DNA from: Candidatus Aminicenantes bacterium
Lineage (GTDB): Bacteria; Acidobacteriota; Aminicenantia; UBA2199
Direction: 5' to 3'
Assembly (NCBI GenBank): GCA_963770755.1
Contig: CAVYQZ010000010.1
Span: 807,251 to 871,250 of the forward strand
Length of the DNA: 64,000 nt
How positions within the stretch are numbered: position 1 is the first letter of the stretch; the number at the start of each line of letters is the position of its first letter. The notes under the pieces were generated by a model. It saw only the letters and a list, made by a program, of their open reading frames with translations. It was not told the origin of the DNA and made no database searches. Below, piece by piece: positions 1-11,043 of this stretch. The translations under genes and the position numbers were made by a program.

Positions 1-32
1 GACAAAATAAAACGGTAAATAATCTTTGCCCA

Positions 33-2945
33 TTACGGAAGCGATTGATCGGGTTTCATAATTACTCCCTGACCCTTGCGGCCGTCAATGATTATCTTGA
101 GCGGCTGTTGCAGACGGACATGCTTCAAATAAAGGCTCTCACTCACAACCGGCTGCGCCTCAAGCCAGGGCCAATCGATTGATCCGGAGGTGCTGTTCAA
201 GGGGATGGTGAAATACCCGATACGCAACGACGTCATGTTTTGAAAAAAATGCGACCCTTGGGAAGGATCCACATTCATATTGGGTAAGCTCACCTCCACC
301 ACCACTTTCACTCCGCTGATCTGGCTCCATTTGACCGGGATTCCCAGCCAGGGATCAGTACTTCCCCAGCGGCCCGGACCAACCAGCATGTAGGGGGTAT
401 TATTCGCACACAAGCTGGAATTAAACTTGTCGACTTCAACGGCAATTTCCGGACTTTTAGCGGCATCAAAGACCGCCGGTTTTACAAAAACAACATCCCG
501 AATCATGTTTGAAACGCCATTGCCCAAAACCTGGCTGCTATAACACAAGGCGAATTCTTTTTGTATTTCGCTCAAATCGACCTTGACCAATTCATCCTGC
601 ACTACCAAGGGCCGCACCTGCAAAACACTAAATACAGCTGGAAAAACATTAGCCGCATCCAAACTGACGGCAAACTCCATTTCGACCGGACAATCCATGG
701 CATCACTGCTTAATTTAAGTAAACATTGCAATATTTTAGCCAAAGGGAAAATATCATTTTTTAAAATGTGAGCAAAATTGATTATTCTGGGCCCCGGGAA
801 ACTAATTCCGTCATATACGGAATCATTCTCCCGTGAATAGGTTGACGCCAGGTAGGTTAAAACACCGTCTTTTTCAGCCCGGTCAAGCCCCTGCTTGATC
901 AGGTATTGGTCTTCCTCAAGAAAAGCGACCGATGCGACATGTTTCATTGAAACCGCATAAAAATCACGTTGTGAAAAATTAAACATATCCTTGATGCTCG
1001 TAAATTGCGGCAGTATGCCGGCGAATGCCGGGGTAAAGCGCAATGAAATTCCCCCATCCACCACGGTCTTTCCGAGCCCCAAGGCGACGTTCACCACCCC
1101 ATCTTCAGGCTTGGCTTGGCCCACCGGATAATAATTGTAGGAGCGGGCCACGCCTGAGAAATCGGGGTAAAAACAGTCGTAATGCAGAGTGCCAATCACG
1201 GGCTGAATGAGCACCGCCATTTTTTCATCTTCAATGCGATGACTGGTACTGCTAATATATGATTTGGCTTGGCGGGAAAAGGTTGATGCGTAAACAAATT
1301 TTATGGCATTAACCAAATTGAGAAAGCGGATATCATCCCCATGCTGATCATTGGGAAGCATTTTAGTTGCATAAATTCCGGCAAATGGCAGATACAGTGA
1401 ATCCTCCAGCAAACTGGAAGAGCGGACGGCCAGGGGAACACGGACATGCTTGATAAAATCCCGCAAATCGCCGACGATCTTTGCCGGCAGGCTGGCTTGA
1501 ATAAATCGGTTGACAATATAATTGTCGGAATTGCCATCCACTGCACAGGCCAGCAGGTCATTCTCCTTGATAAACTCATCAAACACATCGGTGCCGACAA
1601 CCACCGTACGCGGAATGGCTATTTCTATATTTGCAAACTGTTCCCGGTTAAAACTATTTGCCAAAATCCGATCCAAAAAAGCCAAGCCCCGCGCTTTACC
1701 GCCAATGGAACCGCTGCCGATAATGCTGAACTGCGAATAATCTTCATGAAAATACCGCGAATAGGCAACGATCGATCCCCGATGGCTGGCCGTTCGGAAA
1801 TCACCAATGATTTTTTTTATCTGCACGCCCAGCTCCGTATCAAGCCCCAACGTTTTTTTGAAAAAGGATTGGATTGCATTGGCAAGATCAAATTCAGTAC
1901 GGGCTCGCAACCAGCGATCCAGGTCACCGCAGGCAATTATTTTGCGCAAGGTGCTTTCCGGTAAATCGGTGATCATGGAGAACAATTGGTTGATATTAGA
2001 AACCGTAATTTCTCCCGGGGCGTGATCATCCTGGAATGTCAATTCGCCGAAACCAAATGAGGAAGAAAGATATTTTTTCAAGTCATGTTTCAGCGTCGCT
2101 GAATTTTTTGATAAATATCCGACTCCAGCCTTCATGGCCATGGTTTCCACGGCCGCCTCGCTGCTTTGCATTAAAATGGGAAGATCCGGCAGCTCCGCTA
2201 AGACTTTTTTTATGAAAAAAAATCCGGCGGTTTCATTAAGGATACCATTTTTCGGGAAACCGGAATCGGTAATAATGCCCAGCAAATTACTTTTAGTCTG
2301 CTCGAAAATCGTTTCCGCTTCTTCATAAGAGGTTGCCAGCTGAATGCGCGGCCGTTTGCTTTGGCGTTGAAGTTTTTGCGTAAAAGTCAGGTCATCTTTG
2401 AGTGATTTCTTGGTCAATTCGCTCAGAGCCGAAAAAACTATCGGCAAGTAAGATGAGTAAAAATCAATAGTATCCTCAATCAGGAGAATGTTTTGAAATC
2501 CGCCAAGTTGCACGTCTTGAGGGGCATTTTTGCGATCTTCGATATACTGCAGGATGCCGGGCAGAATGGAGCCATCACCTTGCCAGACAAAAATCCGATC
2601 CACAGCCGTACCGTCATCCACTTCCAGCAATCGTTTCAATTCGGGAGTATTAAATGCCAGACCGATCACGGGCAGCTCTGGATCAATTTCTTTAACCATG
2701 CGTCCAAAGCTGAAAGGGTCCATATCTCCCAGGCGCATGACCATAATGACCAGGTCGAATTTTTCCTGTTTAATGATTTGCAATGCGTTTTCTCCCCCAT
2801 TTATTCTAATAAATTGGGGAATATAGCCGAGATTCCATTGCTGGTAGGTTTTTAAAAGCAATTCTTGCAGGCGGCCGTCTTCTTCGAGCATAAAATAGTC
2901 ATATTGACTTGCGACCAATAAAAAATTATTAACTTTGTACGCCAT
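33..2945 (-). CDS. PEP-utilising-enzyme family protein (PPDK/PEP-synthase N-terminal nucleotide-binding domain) with N-terminal degenerate receiver-like region
   Basis: 970-aa ORF. SIIGSGSIGGKARGLAFL resembles the GGK-x-x-L nucleotide-binding signature of the PEP synthase/PPDK N-domain. The N-terminal block FDLVIMVMRLGDMDPFSF resembles a response-regulator receiver but lacks the canonical acidic pocket. Confidence 0.55.
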   Translation of the reverse strand: MAYKVNNFLLVASQYDYFMLEEDGRLQELLLKTYQQWNLGYIPQFIRINGGENALQIIKQEKFDLVIMVMRLGDMDPFSFGRMVKEIDPELPVIGLAFNTPELKRLLEVDDGTAVDRIFVWQGDGSILPGILQYIEDRKNAPQDVQLGGFQNILLIEDTIDFYSSYLPIVFSALSELTKKSLKDDLTFTQKLQRQSKRPRIQLATSYEEAETIFEQTKSNLLGIITDSGFPKNGILNETAGFFFIKKVLAELPDLPILMQSSEAAVETMAMKAGVGYLSKNSATLKHDLKKYLSSSFGFGELTFQDDHAPGEITVSNINQLFSMITDLPESTLRKIIACGDLDRWLRARTEFDLANAIQSFFKKTLGLDTELGVQIKKIIGDFRTASHRGSIVAYSRYFHEDYSQFSIIGSGSIGGKARGLAFLDRILANSFNREQFANIEIAIPRTVVVGTDVFDEFIKENDLLACAVDGNSDNYIVNRFIQASLPAKIVGDLRDFIKHVRVPLAVRSSSLLEDSLYLPFAGIYATKMLPNDQHGDDIRFLNLVNAIKFVYASTFSRQAKSYISSTSHRIEDEKMAVLIQPVIGTLHYDCFYPDFSGVARSYNYYPVGQAKPEDGVVNVALGLGKTVVDGGISLRFTPAFAGILPQFTSIKDMFNFSQRDFYAVSMKHVASVAFLEEDQYLIKQGLDRAEKDGVLTYLASTYSRENDSVYDGISFPGPRIINFAHILKNDIFPLAKILQCLLKLSSDAMDCPVEMEFAVSLDAANVFPAVFSVLQVRPLVVQDELVKVDLSEIQKEFALCYSSQVLGNGVSNMIRDVVFVKPAVFDAAKSPEIAVEVDKFNSSLCANNTPYMLVGPGRWGSTDPWLGIPVKWSQISGVKVVVEVSLPNMNVDPSQGSHFFQNMTSLRIGYFTIPLNSTSGSIDWPWLEAQPVVSESLYLKHVRLQQPLKIIIDGRKGQGVIMKPDQSLP

Positions 2946-2962
2946 GAATGGTTTTCAGTAAA

Positions 2963-4222
2963 TTAATTTTCACTATACTTGCTTTTAATAGCGCGAATCA
3001 CATCATATATCGAAAAAAATATGTCCACCAATCCGGGATCAAAATGCTTTCCTTTTTGCATTTTTATATGCTGTAAAACTTTTTCCTCCGGCCAGCAATC
3101 CTTGTAGGCCCGCTCCGAAGTCAAGGCATCATAGACATCGGCCAGAGCCACAATCCGCGCAGTCAATGGAATTTCAAGTCCTTTTTTCCCCGGGCCCATA
3201 TGCCAATTCTTGGTATAGATATCGGTGATATTGCCGGGATAGCCGGTTCCATCCCATTTTTCATGATGGTTCAAGGCAATCTCGGCCGCCATATCATCCC
3301 AATCGGATGTGGAATCCTTGAAGAGACGCGCGCCCATGATCACATGTCCCTTCATCTGGTTGAATTCGATATCATTCAGGGGGCCGCTTTTTTTCAGCAG
3401 CAAATCAGAAATGGCCACCTTGCCGACATCGTGAAGCATGGCGGCGATTCTCAAAATATCCCTGACATTTTTTATTTCTCTTTCACTGACCTTGTTTTTT
3501 GATGCCCAAGTACTGTAGATCTCAATCGCATAGGCAGCAACCCGGTTGACGTGAGCCCCGGTTTCTTCGGGATCATGCAATTCAGCGATTTTAATCATGC
3601 GCAAAATTATTTCACGGGTCATTTTGGCTTTTTCAATACAACCGGTCGCATGGTTGGCAAAATAGGCAACCACCAATTCGTCCTCAATACCGAAGCTGAT
3701 TACATTATTTTTTTTGTCCGTGGCATTTATTATTTGCATGATTCCGATCAGTCTGCCGTTATTGGTAATCAGTGGGACGGTCAGCACGGAGCGGGTAAGA
3801 TAGCAAGCGGATTCATCAAACGAACGATTGAATTTATAGGGAACATTTTCATGCAACCGGTATGCGTCGGCAATGAGCAGTGGCTTTTTAGTCAAAGCCA
3901 CGTACCCGGCCATTGATTGGTCATTGATTTCCAGCGCGTGGTTTTGATAAAGATATTTTTTGCTATTTTCTTTTTTGGCCAGAGTGTCATTCTGCATAAA
4001 ATTTATGCGCAGTTTTTGGTTTTCCAGTAAATAGATTGAGCCGGCATCGGCCCGTGAAAATCTCCTGGCTTCCAGTAGAACCCTGTCCAGCAGCGAATCG
4101 ATGTCCTTTATGTGATTGAGTGCATCGGTGATAGCTAATATTGCATTGACATTATTTTTTTTTAAGGTGCTGAGCATCATTTTTAAAACCATTATACGAT
4201 TGCCGCACGACCTCGTCAACAA
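2963..4222 (-). CDS. GAF domain-containing HD-GYP phosphodiesterase (likely c-di-GMP)
   Basis: 419 aa with a C-terminal HD-GYP signature (LHDVGKVAI ... HHEKWDGTGYP). The N-terminal 170 aa are GAF-like. Confidence 0.8.
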   Translation of the reverse strand: MLTRSCGNRIMVLKMMLSTLKKNNVNAILAITDALNHIKDIDSLLDRVLLEARRFSRADAGSIYLLENQKLRINFMQNDTLAKKENSKKYLYQNHALEINDQSMAGYVALTKKPLLIADAYRLHENVPYKFNRSFDESACYLTRSVLTVPLITNNGRLIGIMQIINATDKKNNVISFGIEDELVVAYFANHATGCIEKAKMTREIILRMIKIAELHDPEETGAHVNRVAAYAIEIYSTWASKNKVSEREIKNVRDILRIAAMLHDVGKVAISDLLLKKSGPLNDIEFNQMKGHVIMGARLFKDSTSDWDDMAAEIALNHHEKWDGTGYPGNITDIYTKNWHMGPGKKGLEIPLTARIVALADVYDALTSERAYKDCWPEEKVLQHIKMQKGKHFDPGLVDIFFSIYDVIRAIKSKYSEN

Positions 4223-4321
4223 TGCACATGGTGTTCAGTGCCGGGGTTCAATAAAATAGTACTGAACCAAAGATCCATCAGGCAGTTGCCAACATTCGTG
4301 ATTTAAGTGTAGAATGCTCCT

Positions 4322-5107
4322 ATGTCTGCTTTAACCGGTTATTGCGATTTTCATTGCCATCTGGATGACGAGTGCTTTGCGGAAGACATCTGGCGCTTGA
4401 TCGACCGTTGCTTTGACCAAGGAATCTCAAGCCTCATTACGGTTGCCGATGCCTTTGAAATAAAATCCCTGGTCAAAACCGAAAAGATACTTGCTTATCA
4501 TCCGGGTATCCGTGCGGTATGCGGAGCCCACCCGCATCAAGCCGATCACTATTCGGACGAGATCGAAGCCGGCATGCTCACGTTTATGAAAACGGTAAAA
4601 ATAGTGGCGGTTGGCGAGGTCGGGCTTGATTATCACTATGATTTTTCCAGCCGCGAAAATCAAATAAAAACTTTTAAAAGACAAATTGCCATTGCTCGCG
4701 AGTCGGACCTGCCGCTGGTAATCCACTCCAGAAATGCCGAGCCCGAGGTGCTGGAAATACTGGCCGGGGAAAAATTCAATCTCCCCGTTGTATTTCATTG
4801 CTTTACGGGAACCATGGCCGCTGCCAGAGAAATTTTGCAAAGGGGCTACTTTATTTCGATTTCAGGAATAATAACCTTTAAAAAAGCGGAGACGCTCAGG
4901 GAAATCGTTCAAACCATCCCCTTGCAGCAGTTATTCAGCGAAACCGATTCGCCGTATTTGTCACCCGAGCCCAGGCGTGGCGAAATCAATACGCCGTTGA
5001 ATGTCATTCCGGTGGTGGAAAAAATTGCCGCTATCAAAAACATAGATACAGAGCAAATCAATGCTGCGATTTCACAAAATTTGATACGCTTGATACCCAA
5101 AAATTAA
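4322..5107 (+). CDS. tatD: TatD family metal-dependent DNase/hydrolase
   Basis: 261 aa with N-terminal DFHCHLD and a TIM-barrel hydrolase pattern typical of TatD/YcfH. Confidence 0.85.
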   Translation: MSALTGYCDFHCHLDDECFAEDIWRLIDRCFDQGISSLITVADAFEIKSLVKTEKILAYHPGIRAVCGAHPHQADHYSDEIEAGMLTFMKTVKIVAVGEVGLDYHYDFSSRENQIKTFKRQIAIARESDLPLVIHSRNAEPEVLEILAGEKFNLPVVFHCFTGTMAAAREILQRGYFISISGIITFKKAETLREIVQTIPLQQLFSETDSPYLSPEPRRGEINTPLNVIPVVEKIAAIKNIDTEQINAAISQNLIRLIPKN

Positions 5108-7575
5108 TCGGCTTCCTTGGTTACTTTTTCGATGGCCACCAGCCGGTCTCCGGGTTTCAGATTGATCAGTTTGACCCCCTGGGTGGCCCGGCCCTTGGAG
5201 CGAATTTGTAAAGCATCCTGTTTATTCAAAATTCCTTTTTCCGAACACAGGATGATTTCGCAGTCATCCTCATGCAGGGTGACCAAACCGATCACCTTGC
5301 CGAGTTTTGCCGTAATCTTGATGTTGATCAAACCCTTGCCGCCCCGTTTTTGCAGGCGGTAGAGAGATAACTCGGATTTTTTGCCAAATCCGTTTTCAGT
5401 GACGGTCAAAATGTGTTTGCCTTTATCTCCGATCACATCGGCCCCGACCACAAAATCATTTTTTGCCAGCTTGATGGCCGTAACCCCGCGCGCCCCGCGC
5501 CCCATGGGCCGGACATCCTTTTCATTGAATTTCAGCGCCTTGCCCAGATAGGTTCCCAAAATAATCTCGTTGTTGCCGTCCGTAATCTGGGCTTCGAGGA
5601 GCATATCCCCTTTTGGAACTTCAGCAGCAATGATGCCATTAATACGCGGACGTGAAAAAGCCGAAAGAGCTGTTTTTTTTACAAAACCGTATTTTGAAAA
5701 CAAGACCACATACTTGTCTTCGGAAAATTCCTTCACATTGATCACCGAACACACTAATTCTTCAGCCCCGATACCGATCAGACGGTTGATCGGCTTGCCG
5801 CGACCGGCGCTGTCGCCTTCCGGAATGTCATAAACTTTTATCCAGAACATGCGGCCGCTTTCGGTAAAAACCAAAATGTAGTCATGGGCCGAAGCGATGA
5901 ATACCCGCGAAATAACATCTTCTTCTTTAAGACCAATGCCTCTCTTGCCCATGGTGCCACGGTGCATGCTGCGGTAGGAACTGAGGGTTGTCCTTTTGAT
6001 ATAGCCGTTCCGGGTATAGGAAATGACAAAATCCTCGTTTTTAATCATGTCTTCGATTTTAAATTCCGATAATTGTTTTTCAACTATGATCGTTCGGCGC
6101 GGGTCGGCAAACTGGTCTCTAACTTTTTTCAACTCTTCCTTGACCAGTTTCAAGACCATCCGTTCGCTGCCCAACAGATCCTTCAGATAATTGATCAACT
6201 TGATCAGCTCTATGTATTCAGTCTCCAGTTTTTCAATTTCCAGGCCTGTTAAACGGTACAGCTGCATATCCAGAATGGCATCCGCCTGGATTTCGGTCAA
6301 GGGGAGTTTTTCGGTCAGGTTATTCCTGGCATCCAAACGGTTCTTTGAGGTGCGTATGATTTTAACGACCAAATCCAGTTTTGCCAAAGCAATCTTCAAC
6401 CCTTCAATGATATGGGCGCGCTTTTCGGCTTTATCCAGTTCAAACAATGAACGGCGGCGAATGATTTCTTTGCGATGGCCTAAAAAATAATTAAAATAGT
6501 CTATTAAATTAAATTGTTTGGGTTGCTGATTGATAATCGCCAAAAAAATCATTGAATAACTTGCCTGAAGTTGCGTGTGTTTGAAAAGGGCATTCAAAAT
6601 CACTTCGGGGATTTCATCTTTTTTTATTTCGATCACCATGCGCATGCCGTCACGGTCAGACTCATCGCGCAGGTCGGATATGCCTTCAATTTTTTTATTT
6701 TTAACCAGGTCGGCAACATGTTCCAATATTTTCGCTTTATTGGTTTGATAGGGGATTTCGGTAACGACAATTTTCTGCCGCCCCCGGGCATCGGTTTCAA
6801 TCACCGATTTAGCGCGGACAACAAAACTGCCCCGGCCCGTTTCATAAGCGTTTCTGATCATGTCATGGCCAAAAATATATCCTCCGGTTGGAAAATCTGG
6901 TCCGGGCATTATCTTCATCAACTTCGCTACACTGACCTCCGGGTTATCTACATAATGGACGAAAGCGTCGATCAGTTCGCCCAGGTTATGCGGCGGTATC
7001 GCGGTGGCCATGCCGACGGCAATACCCGAGGTCCCATTCAAGAGCAAGGTCGGCAGCAAAGAAGGAAAAACGGCAGGCTCGGTCAGTGAACCATCGTAGT
7101 TGGGAATGAAGTCTACTGTGTTTTTATCAAGATCGTTTAGCAGTTCATTGGTAATTTTTTTTAGCCTAACCTCAGTGTAACGCATGGCAGCAGGTGGATC
7201 ACCATCAATGGAGCCGAAATTTCCCTGGCCGTCAACCAGGGGATAACGCAGGGAAAAATCCTGGGCCAGGCGCACCAGCGTGTCATAAACAGCCTGATCA
7301 CCATGGGGATGATATTTACCGATGACATCGCCGACAATGCGGGCAGATTTTTTATAGGCTTGATTGAAATGCGAACCTGTTTGATGCATGGAAAAAAGAG
7401 TTCGCCGGTGAACCGGTTTCAAGCCGTCGCGAATATCGGGAATAGCCCTGCCGATGATGACGCTCATTGAATAATCCAAATAAGATGTTTGCATCTCATT
7501 TTCTATGGTGACTTCTTCAATGTGGGTTGTTTTATCTTGCGCTTGTTCTTTTTCCTTGTTTTTTTCTTCCATCAT
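5104..7575 (-). CDS. gyrA: DNA gyrase subunit A
   Basis: 823 aa. Carries the [24 protein letters not shown] active-site region and C-terminal beta-pinwheel repeats. Lies immediately downstream of gyrB. Confidence 0.95.
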   Translation of the reverse strand: MMEEKNKEKEQAQDKTTHIEEVTIENEMQTSYLDYSMSVIIGRAIPDIRDGLKPVHRRTLFSMHQTGSHFNQAYKKSARIVGDVIGKYHPHGDQAVYDTLVRLAQDFSLRYPLVDGQGNFGSIDGDPPAAMRYTEVRLKKITNELLNDLDKNTVDFIPNYDGSLTEPAVFPSLLPTLLLNGTSGIAVGMATAIPPHNLGELIDAFVHYVDNPEVSVAKLMKIMPGPDFPTGGYIFGHDMIRNAYETGRGSFVVRAKSVIETDARGRQKIVVTEIPYQTNKAKILEHVADLVKNKKIEGISDLRDESDRDGMRMVIEIKKDEIPEVILNALFKHTQLQASYSMIFLAIINQQPKQFNLIDYFNYFLGHRKEIIRRRSLFELDKAEKRAHIIEGLKIALAKLDLVVKIIRTSKNRLDARNNLTEKLPLTEIQADAILDMQLYRLTGLEIEKLETEYIELIKLINYLKDLLGSERMVLKLVKEELKKVRDQFADPRRTIIVEKQLSEFKIEDMIKNEDFVISYTRNGYIKRTTLSSYRSMHRGTMGKRGIGLKEEDVISRVFIASAHDYILVFTESGRMFWIKVYDIPEGDSAGRGKPINRLIGIGAEELVCSVINVKEFSEDKYVVLFSKYGFVKKTALSAFSRPRINGIIAAEVPKGDMLLEAQITDGNNEIILGTYLGKALKFNEKDVRPMGRGARGVTAIKLAKNDFVVGADVIGDKGKHILTVTENGFGKKSELSLYRLQKRGGKGLINIKITAKLGKVIGLVTLHEDDCEIILCSEKGILNKQDALQIRSKGRATQGVKLINLKPGDRLVAIEKVTKEAD

Positions 7576-7581
7576 TCGTCC

Positions 7582-9996
7582 TTATATATCGAGGTTTCTT
7601 ACATTCAGGGCATTCTGTAAAATAAATTCCTTGCGTTTAGAGGCATCATTCCCCATCAAGGTATCAAAAATGACTTCACTTTCTTGAAAATCATTTACTG
7701 CCACTTGTAGCAGCGTCCGGTTTTCAGGGTCCATGGTTGTTTCCCATAATTGTTCGGGATTCATTTCACCGAGACCCTTATAGCGTTGAATGGATAAGCC
7801 TTTCTTTAACCGCTCGAATAAAAACGAGACCAGTTCTTTCCGGTTTTCAACGATATGGCTTTCTTTTCCGATCTGTAAATAATATGGGGCCGACGGAAAT
7901 TCTGCGAGCTTGGCGTATACGTCATGGATATCGGAAAATTCAGGTCCGGTCAAAAAAGCGTGATTGATGGCCTTGCTGCTTCTGACTCCGTTAAATTCGA
8001 ATTCAATGTTTAAAATATAGGAAGCGTATTCTTCATCAAATTTTATATCCACGTCTTTGCAAAGCGATTTTTCCAGCAATTTCTTAGCCAAACGCGCGGC
8101 TTTATCTTTGTCTTTAAAATCATTTTCACTTTTTATGATTTCAATGAGTTTTTTGGTCAGAGGGCGGGGCATTCCCCTTTTTTCCAGATTATTCATCAAT
8201 AGATTCTTTTTATGAACCAGCTTGATAAATTTAACCAACTTCTGGCCTTTCAACAATTCTTCATTAAATCCCTTCTGATAAAAAACAACCTCGTCACCGA
8301 TCTTGCCAAACAAGTAGTTTTCCAATTCTTTTTCATTTTTCAAATATGATTTGCTTTGACCTTTTTTTATCAAATACAAGGGCGGTTGAGCCAAATAAAG
8401 ATAACCCTTATCGATCAGGGATTGCATCTGCCTGAAGAAAAAAGTCATGATCAAAGTACGGATATGGGATCCGTCCACGTCAGCATCAGTCATGATGATT
8501 ATTTTATGATAACGAATTTTCTCTATATCATAATGCTCTTTGCCAATACCCACGCCTATAGCGGCGATCATTTTTTTTATTTCCTCACTTTCCAGCATTT
8601 TGGTCGTGGTAGCTTTTTCCACGTTGAGTATCTTGCCTTTCAAGGGCAAAATCGCCTGAAAGCGCCGGTCACGACCCTGCTTGGCAGAACCGCCGGCCGA
8701 ATCGCCTTCGACAATATACAATTCACTGTCTTCGGGATTCTTGGATTGGCAATCAGCCAATTTACCAGGCAAGGTTGTGTTTTCCAGCAAGTTGGATTTT
8801 CTGACCAGGTCCTTGGCTTTCTTTGATGCCTCCCTGGCCTTGGCTGCCAGCAAAACCTTGTTGATGATCGCCCGGGCGACATTCAGATTTTCATCGAAAT
8901 AATCGCCGAGTTTTTTATTGACAAAGGACTCCACAAGCCCCTTGACATCCGAATTACCCAGCTTGGCCTTGGTTTGTCCTTCAAACTGGGGTTCCTTGAT
9001 GCGAATGGAAATTACCGCGGTCAATCCTTCGCGCACATCGTCTCCGGAAAAACCCTCTTTAAAATCTTTGATTAAATTGTTGGCCTGGGCAAAATTGTTG
9101 ATCGTGCGCGTGATCCCCGATTTGAAACCGGACAGATGGGTTCCCCCTTCAATGGTATTGATATTGTTCACGAAGGAAAAAATTGTATCGTTGTAGGAAA
9201 TGCCATATTGAAAGGCTATTTCTATTTCAATATCATCTTTTTTAGCGGCCAGATAAATGGGGGCGTTATGGATTTTTTCTTTTGTGCCCACAAGGTATTT
9301 GACATATTCAACAATTCCGCCCTTGTAATAAAAAGTTTCCTTTTTGTCCACCCGCTCATCATTCAAGGTAATTGTCAAGCCTCGATTCAGAAACGCCAGT
9401 TCTCTCAATCGCCTGGATAAAATACTGCTGGTAAATTCAATTGATTCAAAAATTTCTTCGTCGGGCCAAAAAGTTATTTTTGTGCCGCGCTTGGCGGTCT
9501 TGCCGATTTTTTTTAATTCGGTCGTTGGTTTGCCAAATTCGTATTTTTGAAAATAAATACTTCCTCCCCTTTTGATTTCCAGATCGAGTTTTGCTGCAAG
9601 GGCATTCACTACCGATACGCCAACGCCATGGAGCCCTCCGGACATTTTGTAGCTGTTTTTATCGAATTTTCCGCCGGCATGCAGGGTGGTCATCACCACT
9701 TCGGCCGCTGTTTTCCCTTCTTCCTTGTGCATATCCACTGGGATTCCGCGGCCGTTATCGCTGACGGTAACGGAATTATCAAAATGAATCGTCACGTCGA
9801 TACGATCACAAAAACCACCCATGGCCTCATCGATTGAATTATCGACCACTTCATAAACCAGATGATGCAAACCGGAAACACCGGTACTGCCAATATACAT
9901 GGCCGGCCTTACCCTTACGGCTTCCAGCCCTTCCAAAACTTTTATATTTTCCGCAGTATACGATTTATCTTCGAAATGGGCATTGGTTTTGTTCAC
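7582..9996 (-). CDS. gyrB: DNA gyrase subunit B
   Basis: 804 aa with a GHKL ATPase N-terminus (VLEGLEAVRVRPAMYIGST), TOPRIM EGDSAGG and C-terminal GLGEMNPEQLWETTMDP. Confidence 0.95.
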   Translation of the reverse strand: MNKTNAHFEDKSYTAENIKVLEGLEAVRVRPAMYIGSTGVSGLHHLVYEVVDNSIDEAMGGFCDRIDVTIHFDNSVTVSDNGRGIPVDMHKEEGKTAAEVVMTTLHAGGKFDKNSYKMSGGLHGVGVSVVNALAAKLDLEIKRGGSIYFQKYEFGKPTTELKKIGKTAKRGTKITFWPDEEIFESIEFTSSILSRRLRELAFLNRGLTITLNDERVDKKETFYYKGGIVEYVKYLVGTKEKIHNAPIYLAAKKDDIEIEIAFQYGISYNDTIFSFVNNINTIEGGTHLSGFKSGITRTINNFAQANNLIKDFKEGFSGDDVREGLTAVISIRIKEPQFEGQTKAKLGNSDVKGLVESFVNKKLGDYFDENLNVARAIINKVLLAAKAREASKKAKDLVRKSNLLENTTLPGKLADCQSKNPEDSELYIVEGDSAGGSAKQGRDRRFQAILPLKGKILNVEKATTTKMLESEEIKKMIAAIGVGIGKEHYDIEKIRYHKIIIMTDADVDGSHIRTLIMTFFFRQMQSLIDKGYLYLAQPPLYLIKKGQSKSYLKNEKELENYLFGKIGDEVVFYQKGFNEELLKGQKLVKFIKLVHKKNLLMNNLEKRGMPRPLTKKLIEIIKSENDFKDKDKAARLAKKLLEKSLCKDVDIKFDEEYASYILNIEFEFNGVRSSKAINHAFLTGPEFSDIHDVYAKLAEFPSAPYYLQIGKESHIVENRKELVSFLFERLKKGLSIQRYKGLGEMNPEQLWETTMDPENRTLLQVAVNDFQESEVIFDTLMGNDASKRKEFILQNALNVRNLDI

Positions 9997-9998
9997 TA

Positions 9999-11036
9999 TT
10001 AGTTCTCCTTTCCAAGTTCAAACAAATCATCAAATTTATCATTCTTCGCTACCGATGTGGCAATGATTTGCATTTGGGGGAAATGATCGATGATAAAATT
10101 CAAATTTTTAAAATCCATAGCTACATCATAGTCATCAATTAAGAACACAGGGAAATCATTATGGGCACGATAAAACATATTGATAAAAGCAAGATAAACG
10201 ATGAGCAGGTGCTTTTTCTTCTCTCCTGATGAAAACAGCTGCAATTTTTTATCAGAAACCATCACTTCAAAACGATCCCGTTGAGGTCCAAGCAAACAAC
10301 AGCGGCATTTCATTTCTGCATTTTTTATCAATTGTAAATCACGCAGCATGGATGTCTCGGAAATCTCCTCCTTGGCAAGCAGGGATGGATGATAGTTAAT
10401 TTTTAATTCCGAAGAAAATGACGCTTCAATTTCATTGTTTAATTTATTGATAAAACTCATCCTTTTTTTGACAATTTCAAATCCCGTTACTGATAATAAT
10501 TTATTCCAACTATCCAATTCAGAATTGTTAATTGGTTTACCCAATTTTTTCAACAAAAAATTTTTTTGCTTTACCAGATGATTATACCGCAAAATGTGGT
10601 GTAAGTAAAGGGTGTGCACTCCAAATATGAAGCGATCAATCATTTTTCTGAAATGGGGATTGCGGTCGATAAATAAATTATAATTCAAAGAAGAAAAAAA
10701 TAATGGATACAAAATTTTTCCAGTCTCGGCCAATGGGCCTTTCTCATTATTCAATTGTAGTTCGAATTTTTTATCAAATTTGGCATTAAGGGTATTTATA
10801 CCGGATTTCCCCGATATATCAGCGTGAATAAAAAAACCAGAACTGTTGAAATTGGTCATTTCCTGCTTGTTGGCCTGCAAAAACGATTTTCCAAACCCAA
10901 GTAAATACAAAGCCTCAATGATGGATGTTTTACCACTGCCGTTCATGCCGTAAATTAAATTTTTCAAATCGCCGAAATGAATGTTGAATTTGTTTAAATT
11001 TCTGAAACCGTTAATTTGTAAATTTTTTACAACCAA
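9999..11036 (-). CDS. recF: DNA replication and repair protein RecF
   Basis: 345 aa with Walker A GMNGSGKTSIIEALYLL and a conserved position between dnaN and gyrB. Confidence 0.9.
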   Translation of the reverse strand: MVVKNLQINGFRNLNKFNIHFGDLKNLIYGMNGSGKTSIIEALYLLGFGKSFLQANKQEMTNFNSSGFFIHADISGKSGINTLNAKFDKKFELQLNNEKGPLAETGKILYPLFFSSLNYNLFIDRNPHFRKMIDRFIFGVHTLYLHHILRYNHLVKQKNFLLKKLGKPINNSELDSWNKLLSVTGFEIVKKRMSFINKLNNEIEASFSSELKINYHPSLLAKEEISETSMLRDLQLIKNAEMKCRCCLLGPQRDRFEVMVSDKKLQLFSSGEKKKHLLIVYLAFINMFYRAHNDFPVFLIDDYDVAMDFKNLNFIIDHFPQMQIIATSVAKNDKFDDLFELGKEN

Positions 11037-11043
11037 TTAGAAT

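Noticed and set aside
1446..1964. 172-aa plus-strand ORF, and similar ones at 6571-7089 and 8356-8826, inside large conserved genes
   Set aside because: Antisense or frame-shifted overlaps of the PPDK-like, gyrA and gyrB genes with no recognisable motifs.
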